This document shows, piece after piece, positions 24,850 to 36,479 of a stretch of DNA of 64,000 nt. The stretch is from Octopus bimaculoides (lineage: Eukaryota), in assembly GCF_001194135.2 (NCBI RefSeq), contig NC_069003.1, positions 17,569,991 to 17,633,990 of the forward strand, written 5' to 3'. Every line of letters begins with the position of its first letter. Position 1 is the first letter of the stretch. Both the position numbers and the translations under genes were made by a program. The notes below the pieces were generated by a model, which saw nothing but the letters and a program-made list of their open reading frames with translations, was not told where the DNA came from and did not search any database.

Positions 24850-26020
24850 ATCTACAGAATTATCAGAGTAATAAGCATTCAAAAAAGTATGTATGTATAG
24901 AAATGTATGAATGAAGTCTTTAAGGTTTAAGATTCAAATCAAGGAAATGTAATAATAATTTTAAGCAGTTCAAAACTGAGTAGTGAAATGCAGAATTAGG
25001 TTGGCTGATTGTGAGAAACACATATTGATCGCTTCGCTAAAAACTGCAGGTGGTATGGGTTATTTCCCTTGGGTTGTTTAAATAAAATATTAGTAATATG
25101 TAGTAGAAGATAGAAGGATCCATTGGAGGGGCCCTGTTATTGATTTTTTTTTTCAACAATCTAAGTATGTCACGAGGTTTCCAGACATGAGTTCTACTCA
25201 TGTGTCAAATAAAGTATAAAAGTGATATTGTCTGCAAAAATTAGAAATTGGACACACAAAAAAGCAATATTCAAAGTAATTGAACATAAACAATGAAACC
25301 TGTAAAATATTTCTAAATTTGATAGCTCAATTAGTTTCATGAAAATGTTGTATGAACTGTAAAGAAGCAATAAATATGATTTGTAAAATAAGTGTAAGTG
25401 ATACAGGGTGTCCAAACTGAATGTGGTGTGGAAGTTTGGTTTCATTGTTTAAGAATTTTAAGCATTCAAAATATGAGTTCATTGTATGGGGACACACTTA
25501 TTAAATACGTTCTGGAACCAAAAATTTATGTACTGTCATCAGAAACGTTTAACTGGAAAAATGCAGAATTATTGGAGTTATGGGCATTGAAAGTGTACAT
25601 GCATCAAGAAAGTGCAATAATAAGGTTTAGCAGTTCAAAACTGTGAGTAGTGAAATGCAGAATTAGGTCCGCTGATTGTGAGAATCAAATATTGACGGCT
25701 TCGCTAAAAACTAACAAATGTAAATGCAGCTGCTATGGGTTATTTCCCTTGAGTGTTTAAAAAAAATATTGTGCAGATGCTAGGAGTTATTTCCCTTGGG
25801 TGTTTTTTAAAAAAATAGTTATATGAGGCAGATATAAGGATCCCTTCCAGGGGCCGTATTATCGGTTTTTTTCAACAATCTAAATATGTCAGGACATTTC
25901 CAGACACAAGTTCTACTCATGTGTCAAGTTTCATCAAAATCAATAAAACGATGTAGGAGGAGTTAGCTAACAATGCCACAAACAAACATACACTGATTTT
26001 CTACATATGTAGTAGATATA
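24850..26020 (+). mobile_element. Non-autonomous Helitron-like repeat with an internal duplication of about 260 bp
   Basis: 24960-25210 resembles 25625-25925. 3' end AAGTTTCATCAAAATC...ACAAACAAACATAC...GTAGTAGAT. Second copy (minus) at 52185-52845. Confidence 0.45.
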
Positions 26021-26039
26021 TATATATATACCAAATTGC

Positions 26040-27890
26040 TGAATCAAGTGATGAAAGTAATGGATAGGGTCATAATCCAATTAATTAGGGAGAGAGCTAG
26101 CCTAGATGAGATGCAGTTTGGTTTTGTGCCAGGGAGAAGCACCACTGATGCTATATTTCTGGTAAGGTAACTGCAGGAGAAATATCTAGCCAAAGATAAA
26201 GCTCTGTACTTGGCTTTTGTTGACTTGGAGAATGTCTTTGACAGCGTCCCCCAATATCTTATCTGGTGGTCAATGCAGAAACTTGGGATAAATGAGAGGT
26301 TGGTAAGAGCTGTACAAGCCCTGTACAGGGATACTGTCAGTAAGATGAGGGTTGACAACAAATATAGCGAAGAATTCCAGGTAGAAGGGTTCACCAAGGA
26401 TCAGTCCTCAGCTCCCTCTTATTCATCATAGTCTTCTAAGCAATAACAAAGGAATTCAAGACAGGCTGCCCCTGGGAGCTCCTCTTTTAGCTGAATTGCT
26501 ACCAGAACTAGAGATGAAGTTTCAGGTGTGGAAGCAAGGTCTAAAATCAAAGGGCCTTAGAGTCAATGTAGCAAAAACCAAAGTCCTAATAAGCAGGAAA
26601 GAAAACAAATCACAAACCCCTTGAAGTAGATGGCCGTGCTTGCTCTGTAGAAAAGGCGTGGGTAGAAACTCCATAAGATGTACCCAGTGTAAGCTATGGA
26701 CACATAATAGGTGCAGCAATATCAAAGAAAGTTTAACTTGGAAGATAGCTTTTGTGTGGCAGATGCACAGGGGCAATAAACACTGAAGATGTACAGAAAA
26801 CAGATTCCATCACATGTCAAGGGGGAAAACTAGAAGTAGCTGATAGCTTCCACTACCTAGGCGACCAAGTCTGTAGTGGCAGCCCTGAGAGCATAGCTGC
26901 TAGAATAAGGATAGCCTGGGCAAAACTCAGAAAGCTCCTACCTCTGCTGGCAACTAAGAGCCTCTTGCTCAGAGCGAAAGGTAGACTGTATGATGCATGT
27001 GTGCAAACTGCCATGCTACATGGCAGTGAAACATGGACCATGACTGCTGAGGATATGCATAGGCTTGAAAGGAATGAAGCTAGTATGATCTGCTGGATGT
27101 GTAATGTCAGTGTGCATGCACGACAGAGTGTAAGTGTCCTGAGAAGCATCAGATGTGGTATGCAAGAGAGATGACTGCGCTGGTTTGGTCATATGTTGCG
27201 TATGGATGAGGACAGTTGTGTGAAGGAGTGTCACACCCTAATAGTGGAAGGAACCTGCAGAAGAGGTAGACCCAGGAAGACATGGGATGAGGTGGTGAAG
27301 CATGACCTTCGAATATTGGGTCTCACAGAGGCAATGACAAGAGACCGAGACCTTTGGAAATATGCTATGATTGAGAGGACCCCGCAAGTAAAGTGAGATC
27401 GCAGCCATAGCTGAAGCCAATGTTGCATAATTGGCCCATTTAATAGCACTCTTGAAGCAGTGGGCGATATGATGTGCTTGAGAAGACCTGTTGAGTCAAG
27501 TGAAATCGTAGTCGTGGCTAGTGCCGCCTGACTGGCACCCATGCTGGTGGTATATAAAAAGCACCATTCAAGCGTGGGTTGATGTTAGTGCTACCTGACT
27601 GGCTCCCTGTGCCAGTGGCATGTAAAAAGTACCATCTGAACATGGTCGCTGCCAGTGCCCCCTAACTGGCTTCCGTGCTGGTGGCATGTAAAAAACAACA
27701 GCTGAACATGGTCAATGCCAGTTCCTCCTGACTGGCTCCCATGCTGGTAGCACATAAAAAGCACCCGCTACACTCTCAGAGTGGTTGGTTAGGAAGGGCA
27801 TCCAACTGTAGAAACCTTTCCAGTCCTCTGTCAAACCTCCCAACCCATGCCAGCATGGAAAACAGACATTAAACGGTGATGATGATGATG
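26040..27890 (+). mobile_element. RTE-clade LINE, 5'-truncated: RT, PHD-like finger, C-terminus, tandem-repeat 3' UTR, (GAT)n
   Basis: QFGFVPGRSTTDAIF, AFVDLE..FDSVP, YLG, RIRIAWAK, LHGSETW, RGRPRKTW motifs. Several frameshifts. Confidence 0.9.
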
Positions 27891-28599
27891 ACTGCTGTAT
27901 TTTGGGATGGTCATTTTCTTTTTTTTTTTGGTGAAATAAACACACACATTATATAGTCATTCTTCACTCATGTTCATTGTCTGGACATTTTTCATTCTGA
28001 GAATGAAATAAGTAGGGCAAGAGCACACATGGAGATGGAAAGTGTCACTGAAGAGGTCACAGATATGGGACAAAAGATTATGCATTTCCTCATACTTATT
28101 GAGGTCTTTGGTAAAAAAATACTTTCTGCAAAGAAATATTTTTGTTATTTCTGCATGATATTTCTAATGTGTGTGTGTGTGTGTGCGCGTGCTTTCATGG
28201 TTTCACATTTGATAAAGTAGAATTCCAATTAAAATGCTGTTACCATAGGAAAAAGTATCTGGGGAGCCAATCTGAGAACCACTGATACATGTTTCCATGT
28301 CAACCACATTAATAAACAGGAATTGATTAAAAAAAAAAACACAACACAAAAAAGACACAACTGGTTCCCAGGCCCAACAGTGGATCTGTCCACTTTGAAG
28401 GTCAGAAAAACTGAGAAATAAGTAATAAATGAATTATATTCTGATATGGTAACAAGGTTAGTGAATAGGTCAGATATATATCAATATGCCAATGATAATG
28501 TCGTTAGTATTACTAACATTAACAAAGCCACCATTAATGAAGCCATTGAAAGTTTTGGCAGCCATTTGTGTGTATGTGTGAGGTGAGATAAGTTTGCTA

Positions 28600-29050
28600 T
28601 GTTCTCTCTCTCTCTCTCCCTCCAATTGTCTCTTATAAGAGCAAACACTTTGCATGTCTCCTACATCTCTCATACCAAACTTTCTCTTCTTCTAATCAAT
28701 CCCTGACACATAACAGCACTATGTTCTTTCTCATACACTCCACTACACAACACCTTTTTCTCTTTCTCTCTGGCCCACCCACTCACTAATTCCACTCTCC
28801 CTCTCTCTTTCTCTCTCATTCAACCTTCACTCTCCCTCACTCACCCACTCATTCATTCAACCCTCATCTCTCAATCTCAATCATTCCACCCTATCTCTCA
28901 CTTAATCAACTCACTCTCTCTTGTTTGATCACCTTTTTTCTCATTCACACATTCACTCAACTCCATCTTTCTCTTTCTCTCGCTCTCTCTCTCCCTCCCT
29001 CCCTCCCTCAATCACTTCTTCTTTCTCTCACTTACTCAGTCTCTACCTCA
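28600..29050. repeat. CT-rich low-complexity tract downstream of exon D
   Basis: Degenerate (CT)n/(CACT)n composition. Confidence 0.8.
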
Positions 29051-29154
29051 GAGCAAAGTTTCACTTTGATTCAAGAGAAACACAAATAAGAATGAAAAGA
29101 TTAAAAACAAAACAAAAAAACAAAAAAAAAAACTCAAAATGACATGCCACTCAC

Positions 29155-29221
29155 CCCTTGCTCAGCTTCCACAAACATTTGTAAGTCCTCGAGTGACATA
29201 AACTCAGAATTTGTTGCATAC
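29155..29221 (-). CDS. PLCL: PLC-like exon D (67 nt: YATNSEFMSLEDLQMFVEAEQG)
   Basis: ttgcttcag|G ... GGG|gtgagt. Phases fit exons C and E. Confidence 0.92.
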
Positions 29222-30367
29222 CTGAAGCAATAATGAAAAGCAGAGGCCATTAACATGTTATTTTAGTTATGAAAGTAGAAAGGTGTCCTTGCTGGTTTTT
29301 AACTTAAACTCAAGCCAACTAGACTAGCATTTAGACATGGCAGACTAAGACTTGTAGCTTTGAAAAAAAGAAAAGAATCAAACTAATGTGAAAAAAACAT
29401 ACATAAGAAAACAAATAAATATAGGCATGGGTATGGCTGTGTGGTTTAAGGGGCGTGCTTCTCAACTATGTGGTCTTAGGTTCAGTTCCAGTATAGGTAA
29501 AAGTTTTCTAATGTATCCCAATGCAGACAAAATGAGTAATATAAATGTATGGAAGCTGAATGAAATCTGCTGTATAATGTGTGTGTGTGCATGCATCTGG
29601 GTCAATGTCTACATTATGCCTTTCACATAAGAAATGCACTGAGCAACAGCTTATTGATAGAAGAGGTGACAGGGATAGAGAGATAGAGAGATGGATAGAT
29701 GGATGTTTGTGTGTGTATGTGTAAGTGTGTATGTGTATATACCATATAAGTCAGTGTACAGGACAGAAATTGAACCTTAAGAAAATAGCCCCCAAACCAG
29801 AGGTCATAATAAACATTGAGTATAAAATTCACACCTTAACATACTGTAGTTTATAGTGTCACCAACAGTAATGGAGAACAGCATAAAACACTTGCACAAC
29901 TCATATGGTCCTACAGTTAAATATTTTCCACTGAAACTGAACAGATATGTTTGGGAAGCTGGATTAATGTAAAGTTATATAAAAATTAAAAAATATTTTA
30001 TAACCTTTTAGATAACAGCAACAAGACAAGTTTGCTGACATAGACCAGTCACCAGTTGCAAAAGTGACAATGATGAGCAGTAAACAATTAGTTAATGCAT
30101 CAAGGGTGAAAAACTGATTTCAAATTTTAGCATAAGGCCAGAATTTTGGGGGAAATTTTGTATTACATTGACCACACTGCTCAACTGTTACTGCCCAGCA
30201 TGGCAATGATTCTGCCATCTTGCCACCTTATCATGAATGAAATATTGCTAGTAGACTTATACAGTGAGTAAAGCTTAAAGCCTACATTTTAAAAAGAAAT
30301 TCTGGGGCTTTCTTAGTTACCCATTTGGCTTGTACACCAGCAGACATGTGCATGTGTGTATATACAT

Positions 30368-30414
<47 letters not shown>

Positions 30415-30899
30415 TTGTAAACTGGTCTGCTAGTAGTGAAAACCCCGCAACCTATAATAGTGTGTCACTAAAACCAAAAGAATTTTTATAACCATATCTA
30501 TGTATATTGTTTACTCCTTCCCTTTCCTTATGAGGAAAGGGCAGGTGCCCTCTTAAGCTTTGAATCACTAGGTCTGATAAGATGAAACAAAAAAAATAAT
30601 AAAATCAGTTAAAATCTGCTTGGAATTAATTACTAGCCTGTATGGTCTGGCTAAGTCAAAATGGTTTTTTGTATTCTTCCTTTCTACTTGAAGTGTTTAA
30701 ATGTAGTTACAATAATATGTCCTTCTGTTGAAATGAAATTTCAGTAAATTTCTATATCTTTGAGGATTGCTCTGCATTTTACATTTAATGTAATGCTCAC
30801 ATTGCTTAAATAAATGGAGTCGCATGAAACAATCGTACTGCATTAACTTTGAATATCCTTGTTGCTTATTTTGATTATATATATACACGGCAAATAAGA

Positions 30900-31680
30900 A
30901 AGTTGAGAGGATATAAAATCAACAGACATCAACTGCTAAACATTCCAGTATGTTTATTTATTCAAATGTATTGGATGAATACACACACATATATTAATGG
31001 TACAGATTATCAAGTAGAAAAAGTTGGTAGTTGCATAAACAAGGGTGTGGGAGCATATAAGCATATAGGAACAAGGGAGCAATTGAGCAAATGAACAGAT
31101 TGTCAAAAAACTGAATGGGTGGGCAGGTGCTAGTTCCTTACGGCCGTTTCTGCCAAGAGGCAACGATACCTTCCAGGTTATCTCCATCTCTTCAGTGTTA
31201 TGTAGGGATGACCAGATAAGGCTTAGATAATGAATGTGCCCCTAGGCTTCTTCAGAGGGTCTAAGTGGTGGGGCTAACACATATAAATGCCAGTTAATAA
31301 TAGCAACAGTGTGTTTGTCTTTTTAAAATAGAGTAGAAGAAGAAGAATGGTAAGAATAAGAACAAGCATGAGAATACAAGCGAAGTACATCATAATATAA
31401 TGATTTGGGCATAGCAAGGGGAAATAAGATATAGACTTCCTGTGATGTATTATAAGATCCATGTTATTTCATCCAGTGGTGGATAGGTGAATATAGTTGT
31501 TCTCAGGAGGAGTTTTTACAGGAAAGGTAATTTTAGGCAGTAGTTCACATTATGTTTCCATAGAACTTCAGTGGTGAATTTGATGGTATGGTCCATGTTA
31601 TGGAGGTGAAAATTTAGTAGGTGTAACGTTGCAGAGGGTATGGCATAAGTAGCTTATGATGAACCTATCTTAGGAAATTT
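30900..31680 (-). mobile_element. Penelope-like fragment (RT thumb relic + terminal repeat region)
   Basis: FHLHNMDHTIKFTTE...LPFL relic at about 31500-31620, followed by a hammerhead motif. Confidence 0.5.
31130..31264 (-). ncRNA. Type I hammerhead ribozyme with intact core and long loop II
   Basis: TTAG-AC-CCT | CTGAAGA | A-GCCTAGGGG ...78 nt... CCTCTTGGC-A | GAAA-CGGCCG-TA | AGG-AA-CTAG. Predicted GUA cleavage after 31139. Confidence 0.7.
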
Positions 31681-32189
31681 GGTACATGAGTCCAACCCAT
31701 GCTAGCATGGAAAGCGGACATTAAACAATGATGATGATGATGATGATGAGTGTATCAATGAGGGAAAGGAACCAGGAGAGGTCAAAGTGCGATGTTAGTG
31801 TTTGATACTTGTTTGCCGATCAACAAGTCTCGAAATCCCTATGTGTAGTGGGGTGGGATCATGGTCAGTCCTACAACCTAATTGGTCAGGTCATTATTTG
31901 AAAACAATGGCATGGTTCTGGTTCATTGATGTTTAACAAATAAAACAATGGCCAGCAGGGGTAAGTGAACAAGCGAAATAAAACTAATAAAACAAATAAA
32001 TAAGATAACTAAAGCAACTAAAACGATGGAAAGAGAATCCTATAGGATAGCATAAGAAAAGAATATAAACATATAAAAATATAAAACATATATCTATCTA
32101 TCGGGGGAATCTGCTGTAAATGGTTAAACATCCAGTATATTGGATAGGTACTATCCCTTAGTTGGTTTCTCAGCCTCTAACTCACAGAG

Positions 32190-32234
<45 letters not shown>

Positions 32235-32619
32235 CACACACACACTTTATTTGTGGAGTAACCAGACTACACCACAAATAAAGAATATTTATCAACTCAT
32301 TCTCACTTCCCTTGGTGAAGAGGATTGGCCTGCAAGAACCCTGTGCCAGTGCCATGTTAAAAGCATCCAGCACACACTTTAAAGTGGTTGGTGTTAGGAA
32401 GCCCATCCAGCCATAGCAACCAAGCCAAATCAGACTGGAACCTGGTGCAGCTCTCCACCTTGTCAGCTCGGGACAAACCATCCAATCCAGACGTTCAAGG
32501 ATGATGATGACAATGATATATGTATAAAGGTCGTTTGCGAAAGGTCGAGGTAGGGGACCTATGGTTGCAGTCATGGTGGGTTGCGTAGGTATGATAGAAT
32601 GTACTTTATTTCGTGCAGA

Positions 32620-32960
32620 CAAGGATTAAACACCTCACTCCTGCTACTGAGGTAAATATCTGGGCATTGAGTGTCTTTTAAAATCGCCCTCTTCTCAGCC
32701 AGGCATAATCTGCACTTCCTACTACAGCTTGCATCTTTCTATGATCTTCCACTTTATGCTGTACTCTGTGGTACTTTCTTTTAAAGCCCAGACATGCTTG
32801 GCTAGGGTTGTGGCGTTATGTCTCTCTGGGATGTTGAATGAAAACTTGTGGTTATTAAAGCGGGTTCTGAAGGAGCCTTCCGTTGTGCCCACATATTTCC
32901 ACATGCTCGGTTGTCCATTGGGTCCTGTTGCTGTTACAAAGATTTTAGAACTAGCTTTTT
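32620..32960 (-). mobile_element. Penelope-like GIY-YIG fragment
   Basis: KYVGTTEGSFRTRFNNHKFSF...LAKHVWALK...IKWKII, then CRLCLAEK. Confidence 0.8.
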
Positions 32961-33150
32961 TGCTTGTTATATATATATATATCTCTATGTAAACAAGCGT
33001 TCTTATTCCTAAAGCCCATGGAATAATATCATTGACCCCTTTATATCTCTATGTAAACAAACCTTCTAACGGTCACTGACCATGTAACATCTCTGCTCGT
33101 AAGTTACCTCATCATTTCGTTTTTGTCTTGCTATTATATGTTTTATTATG

Positions 33151-33241
33151 AACTCCCTGAAGAGAAATATATGAGGAACCCCAACAGCTCTTTCTTCTTT
33201 GTGAAAGAGCTCTCATTTATTTTGAAACATGTGTAGGAATT
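33151..33241 (+). ncRNA. Type I hammerhead ribozyme with intact core and branched stem II
   Basis: AACTCC | CTGAAGA | GAAATA-T-ATGAG..GCTCTTT/AAAGAGC..CTCAT-T-TATTTT | GAAA-C-ATGT-GTA | GGAATT. Predicted cleavage after 33235. Confidence 0.75.
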
Positions 33242-33479
33242 AAAGGAACTTTTATTGACATGCGTTTTGCTCCATTTATTATTATTATCCATATCTTCTC
33301 AAAATGTATCACTTTAACTTGGTATCTCTACCTGTAAAACGGCTGTGATATCTTGGTTTTTAGTGTAATTTTGCTACCTCTGGTAACTATTAACATATTT
33401 AAATTATCAAAGGTTTTAATAACTGAGATAATATTAATATATGCATAAACTAATATATATATATATATATATATATATT

Positions 33480-34300
33480 ACAACAAAATTTTATATAGAG
33501 TTACCCAAGGTTTCGCACCCACAAAACCAAAGCCTTGGGGACAGCTCACAAGACTCTTTATGAATACAAAATTTTAAAATATCTATGTCGCAGAGGTGAG
33601 GAAATGCTCAGAACTCAAGGAATACGTACAAATGTTAATGAGTATGGGTTATTTCCCCTTAATCACAAAGGCAAAAAACCCTTTATAGACTCGGAGAGGC
33701 CTAACGAGCAAACGAGGAGATCCAAATGGGCCTGGATGATCAATTAATTTCCACCTGACATCATACAGGGTCCCTTGATCTTTGAGGTGCCACACATGGC
33801 AGGCCAGGGAAGTGACAAACCATCTTTCTGGGATTCTGAAGGATAACTGGTGGTTAAGAAAACATTTCTTGAACGAAGTACTCGCTGGACCAATATATTT
33901 ATAAACATGGGATGGGGCCCTATTCACACTTCTGGTAACATATGGCTCGGAGTTGGTCATCCCATCGGTGTCGAAGATGAATGTTAGCGGAACTGGGAAT
34001 GGCAGATACTCCCTCCAAGTAGTTGGTCCTGGATAGGTCATTATTTCTAGGTGCAGCGTTTGTACTGGTCAGGCTATCTGCATCTATGGTTTGCTCATTA
34101 TCTGTAGTGGTGGTACTGGGATCTTCAGTGATGCTCTCTGTGATGGTCCTGGCTTGGTTACTATCTACGGGCGTGGCAACTGTATTGGTGTCAGACCTGA
34201 TTAATCTGCTAATAATATTGCTGTTTGATGTTACATAAAAAACATTTTATCAAGTACCGACAATACAAGGGAGGAGGCAGGTTGCTCTTGCAGGGTATAT
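33480..34300 (-). mobile_element. Penelope-like GIY-YIG fragment with 3' region
   Basis: YKYIGPASTSFKKCFLNHQLSF...LACHVWHLK...VRWKLI (33649-34041). Confidence 0.75.
33497..33557 (-). ncRNA. Degenerate hammerhead motif
   Basis: AGAGT | CTTGTGA | GC..CCC/GGG..GC | GAAA-CC-ttg-GG-TA | ACTCT; two core substitutions. Confidence 0.45.
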
Positions 34301-34349
34301 AATAACTGTCCAGTAGGAGGCCAATGTGAGGCTGAAGGGGTCATCTAGA

Positions 34350-35830
34350 TCTAATATCCGTAATAACAGTAATGTCACATCTTTCGTCACACATCTGTGA
34401 CCTCTTCAGTGACACTTTTCATTTTCATGTGTGCTCTTGCTCCACTTACTCCATTCTGTCCTTCTAAGATGTGAATACTTATGTGCGCATGCGTTTGCGT
34501 CCGTGTTTGCATGTGTGTATGTGTAAGTCCTTGATCTTAGCAGCAGTATGGCCCTCTCCTCAGCCCCATCCTCTCACCCCATTGTGCTGCTGCTGTCCTA
34601 AGACCCGAAAATTTGGTACAATTCCTGTATCCCTTTGCGTTTGCGTGTTCACTCTCTGTGTCTGTGTGTTTGCCCACGGTGTGGCCAACGTGGTAGTTGT
34701 TGTTATTGCCATCATTGTCACTGCCACTGCTGCTGTCATTATCAGTCGTGTTGCTGATATTATTGTGTGTGTGTGTGTATGGGTTCGCTTCTTACGTTGT
34801 ATGTATCCATGCCCTTTATGTAAACTTGTTTATCTATTTATTTTATCTATCTCTATTTCTTATATTTATCAGAGGTATGTGACAAATATATTTATCTATT
34901 TATATATTTATTTATTTATCTATCTCTATTTCTCATATGTATCACAGGTAAGTGCGTACATATCTATTGTATTTGTATTTCCCTGTATATATCTGTGTAT
35001 TATTTACGAATTTTTTTCTTTTTTTCCCTCTCTCTTCTCTTCCATTCTGTCTTTAGTCATGTGGTATGGTGGTGGGTGTTACTGTTCCATTTGTGTTTTC
35101 TATTGAGGTGCGGTCTGTCTACTGCTATGTGTGTAACCTCTGTGATCTAAGTGTCATGTCAGTTCTATGCGTTGATAATACTTTAACCTCTATGCTATAA
35201 AATGAGCCTCCATGTTCTGCCTGAGCATGTTGGTAGAGAACTGATGAGCTTTTCTCTTCTTTGAGCTCTTGCCAATATTCACCTATACGCTCTCCTATGC
35301 TGTGTGCAGTCTCTCCAGTGTAGGTAGTTGTCATGTTTCTGCATCATCCCTCAATACATTGTAAGCTATAAACTACATTCCTAACCTTCCAGTTAACTCA
35401 TGGGTTCATCCTACATACAACACAACTGTACTCCATACACGGGGACTTATCAAAGGGACAGGTTCTACAGATCAGGGATTTTATAGGGGCACCAGGCCTC
35501 TCTACTACTTTAATCTGTAGATTAACCTTAATGTTTTTATAAAAAGGTATGCTAGTTCGCAGTCAGGGGTAACATCAATGAACATGACACTCTGGTGATT
35601 TTGTTGCCATAACAGGTGTTGGCCTTATTTATGTTATTACTGGTCCTTTCTGTGCTGTTCCAGGACTTACTCCTGTACAGCAGGTAGGATCCCCTTAGTA
35701 TCACTCTCTATGATGGCTTTGTACTTAGTCCTGGCTCCTTTGTACACTCTAATCCTGTCCCTTTGATTGTAGCCAAAGAACTGCATGCGATGGATGAAGT
35801 GCTGCATATGTCTTTCTAATTCCATAGGAT
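34350..35830 (-). mobile_element. Penelope-like element of another family (Cys-rich linker + GIY-YIG + long 3' region)
   Basis: KVVERPG..I...CPF...C..C..C relic, then YTGETAHSIGERIGEY...LYQHAQAEH (35125-35334). Confidence 0.7.
34371..34416 (-). ncRNA. Minimal hammerhead motif with a damaged cleavage site
   Basis: AGTGTCA | CTGAAGA | G-GTCAC-agatgt-GTGAC | GAAA-GATG | TGACATT. Confidence 0.55.
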
Positions 35831-35844
35831 CGCAACACAAATTG

Positions 35845-35875
<31 letters not shown>

Positions 35876-36286
35876 TATAAAACCAAATTCGATGACTGGC
35901 ACCCGTGCCTGTGGAGCGCTAACAGCACCATCCGAGCGTGATCATTGCCAGAGCAGTTATCTGGCTTTCGTGCCGGTGGAACTTAAAAGGCACCATTTGA
36001 CCATGATTGTTACCAGCGATGCCTTACTGGCACTTGTGCCGGTGGCATGTGAAAAAACATTCAAGTGAGGTCGATGAGGCATGTTACCACTAGACTGAAA
36101 CAGCTGTAAGACATTGTCCCATCTTTGGTCACAAGATGTCCTTTTTAATTACTGAAATGACATATGTCACATGTATTTGTATATTGCTTTTATTGTACTC
36201 TTAGTTGAAAAATAAACAGGTAAATTGACATAATACAATGTCTGCAAGTTGATGAATACCACACATTCCCCTCCATTTTCTTATTG

Positions 36287-36479
36287 CTATATACATATAT
36301 ATATATATACATACATATATATATATACATATATACATATATATATACATATATACATATACACATATACATATATATACATACATATACATATATATAT
36401 ACATATACATATATATACATATATATACATATACATATATATACATATATATACATATACATATATATACATATATATA
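36287..36479. repeat. (ATATAC)n/(AT)n microsatellite running into a gap
   Basis: Direct reading. Another long (AT)n at about 39415-39486. Confidence 0.95.

Noticed and set aside
27520-27780. CRISPR-like repeat array
   Set aside because: Tandem degenerate units without unique spacers, inside a eukaryotic LINE 3' UTR.
34471-35106. 211-aa hydrophobic ORF resembling a membrane protein
   Set aside because: Low-complexity sequence antisense to a PLE 3' region; no family motif or splice context.
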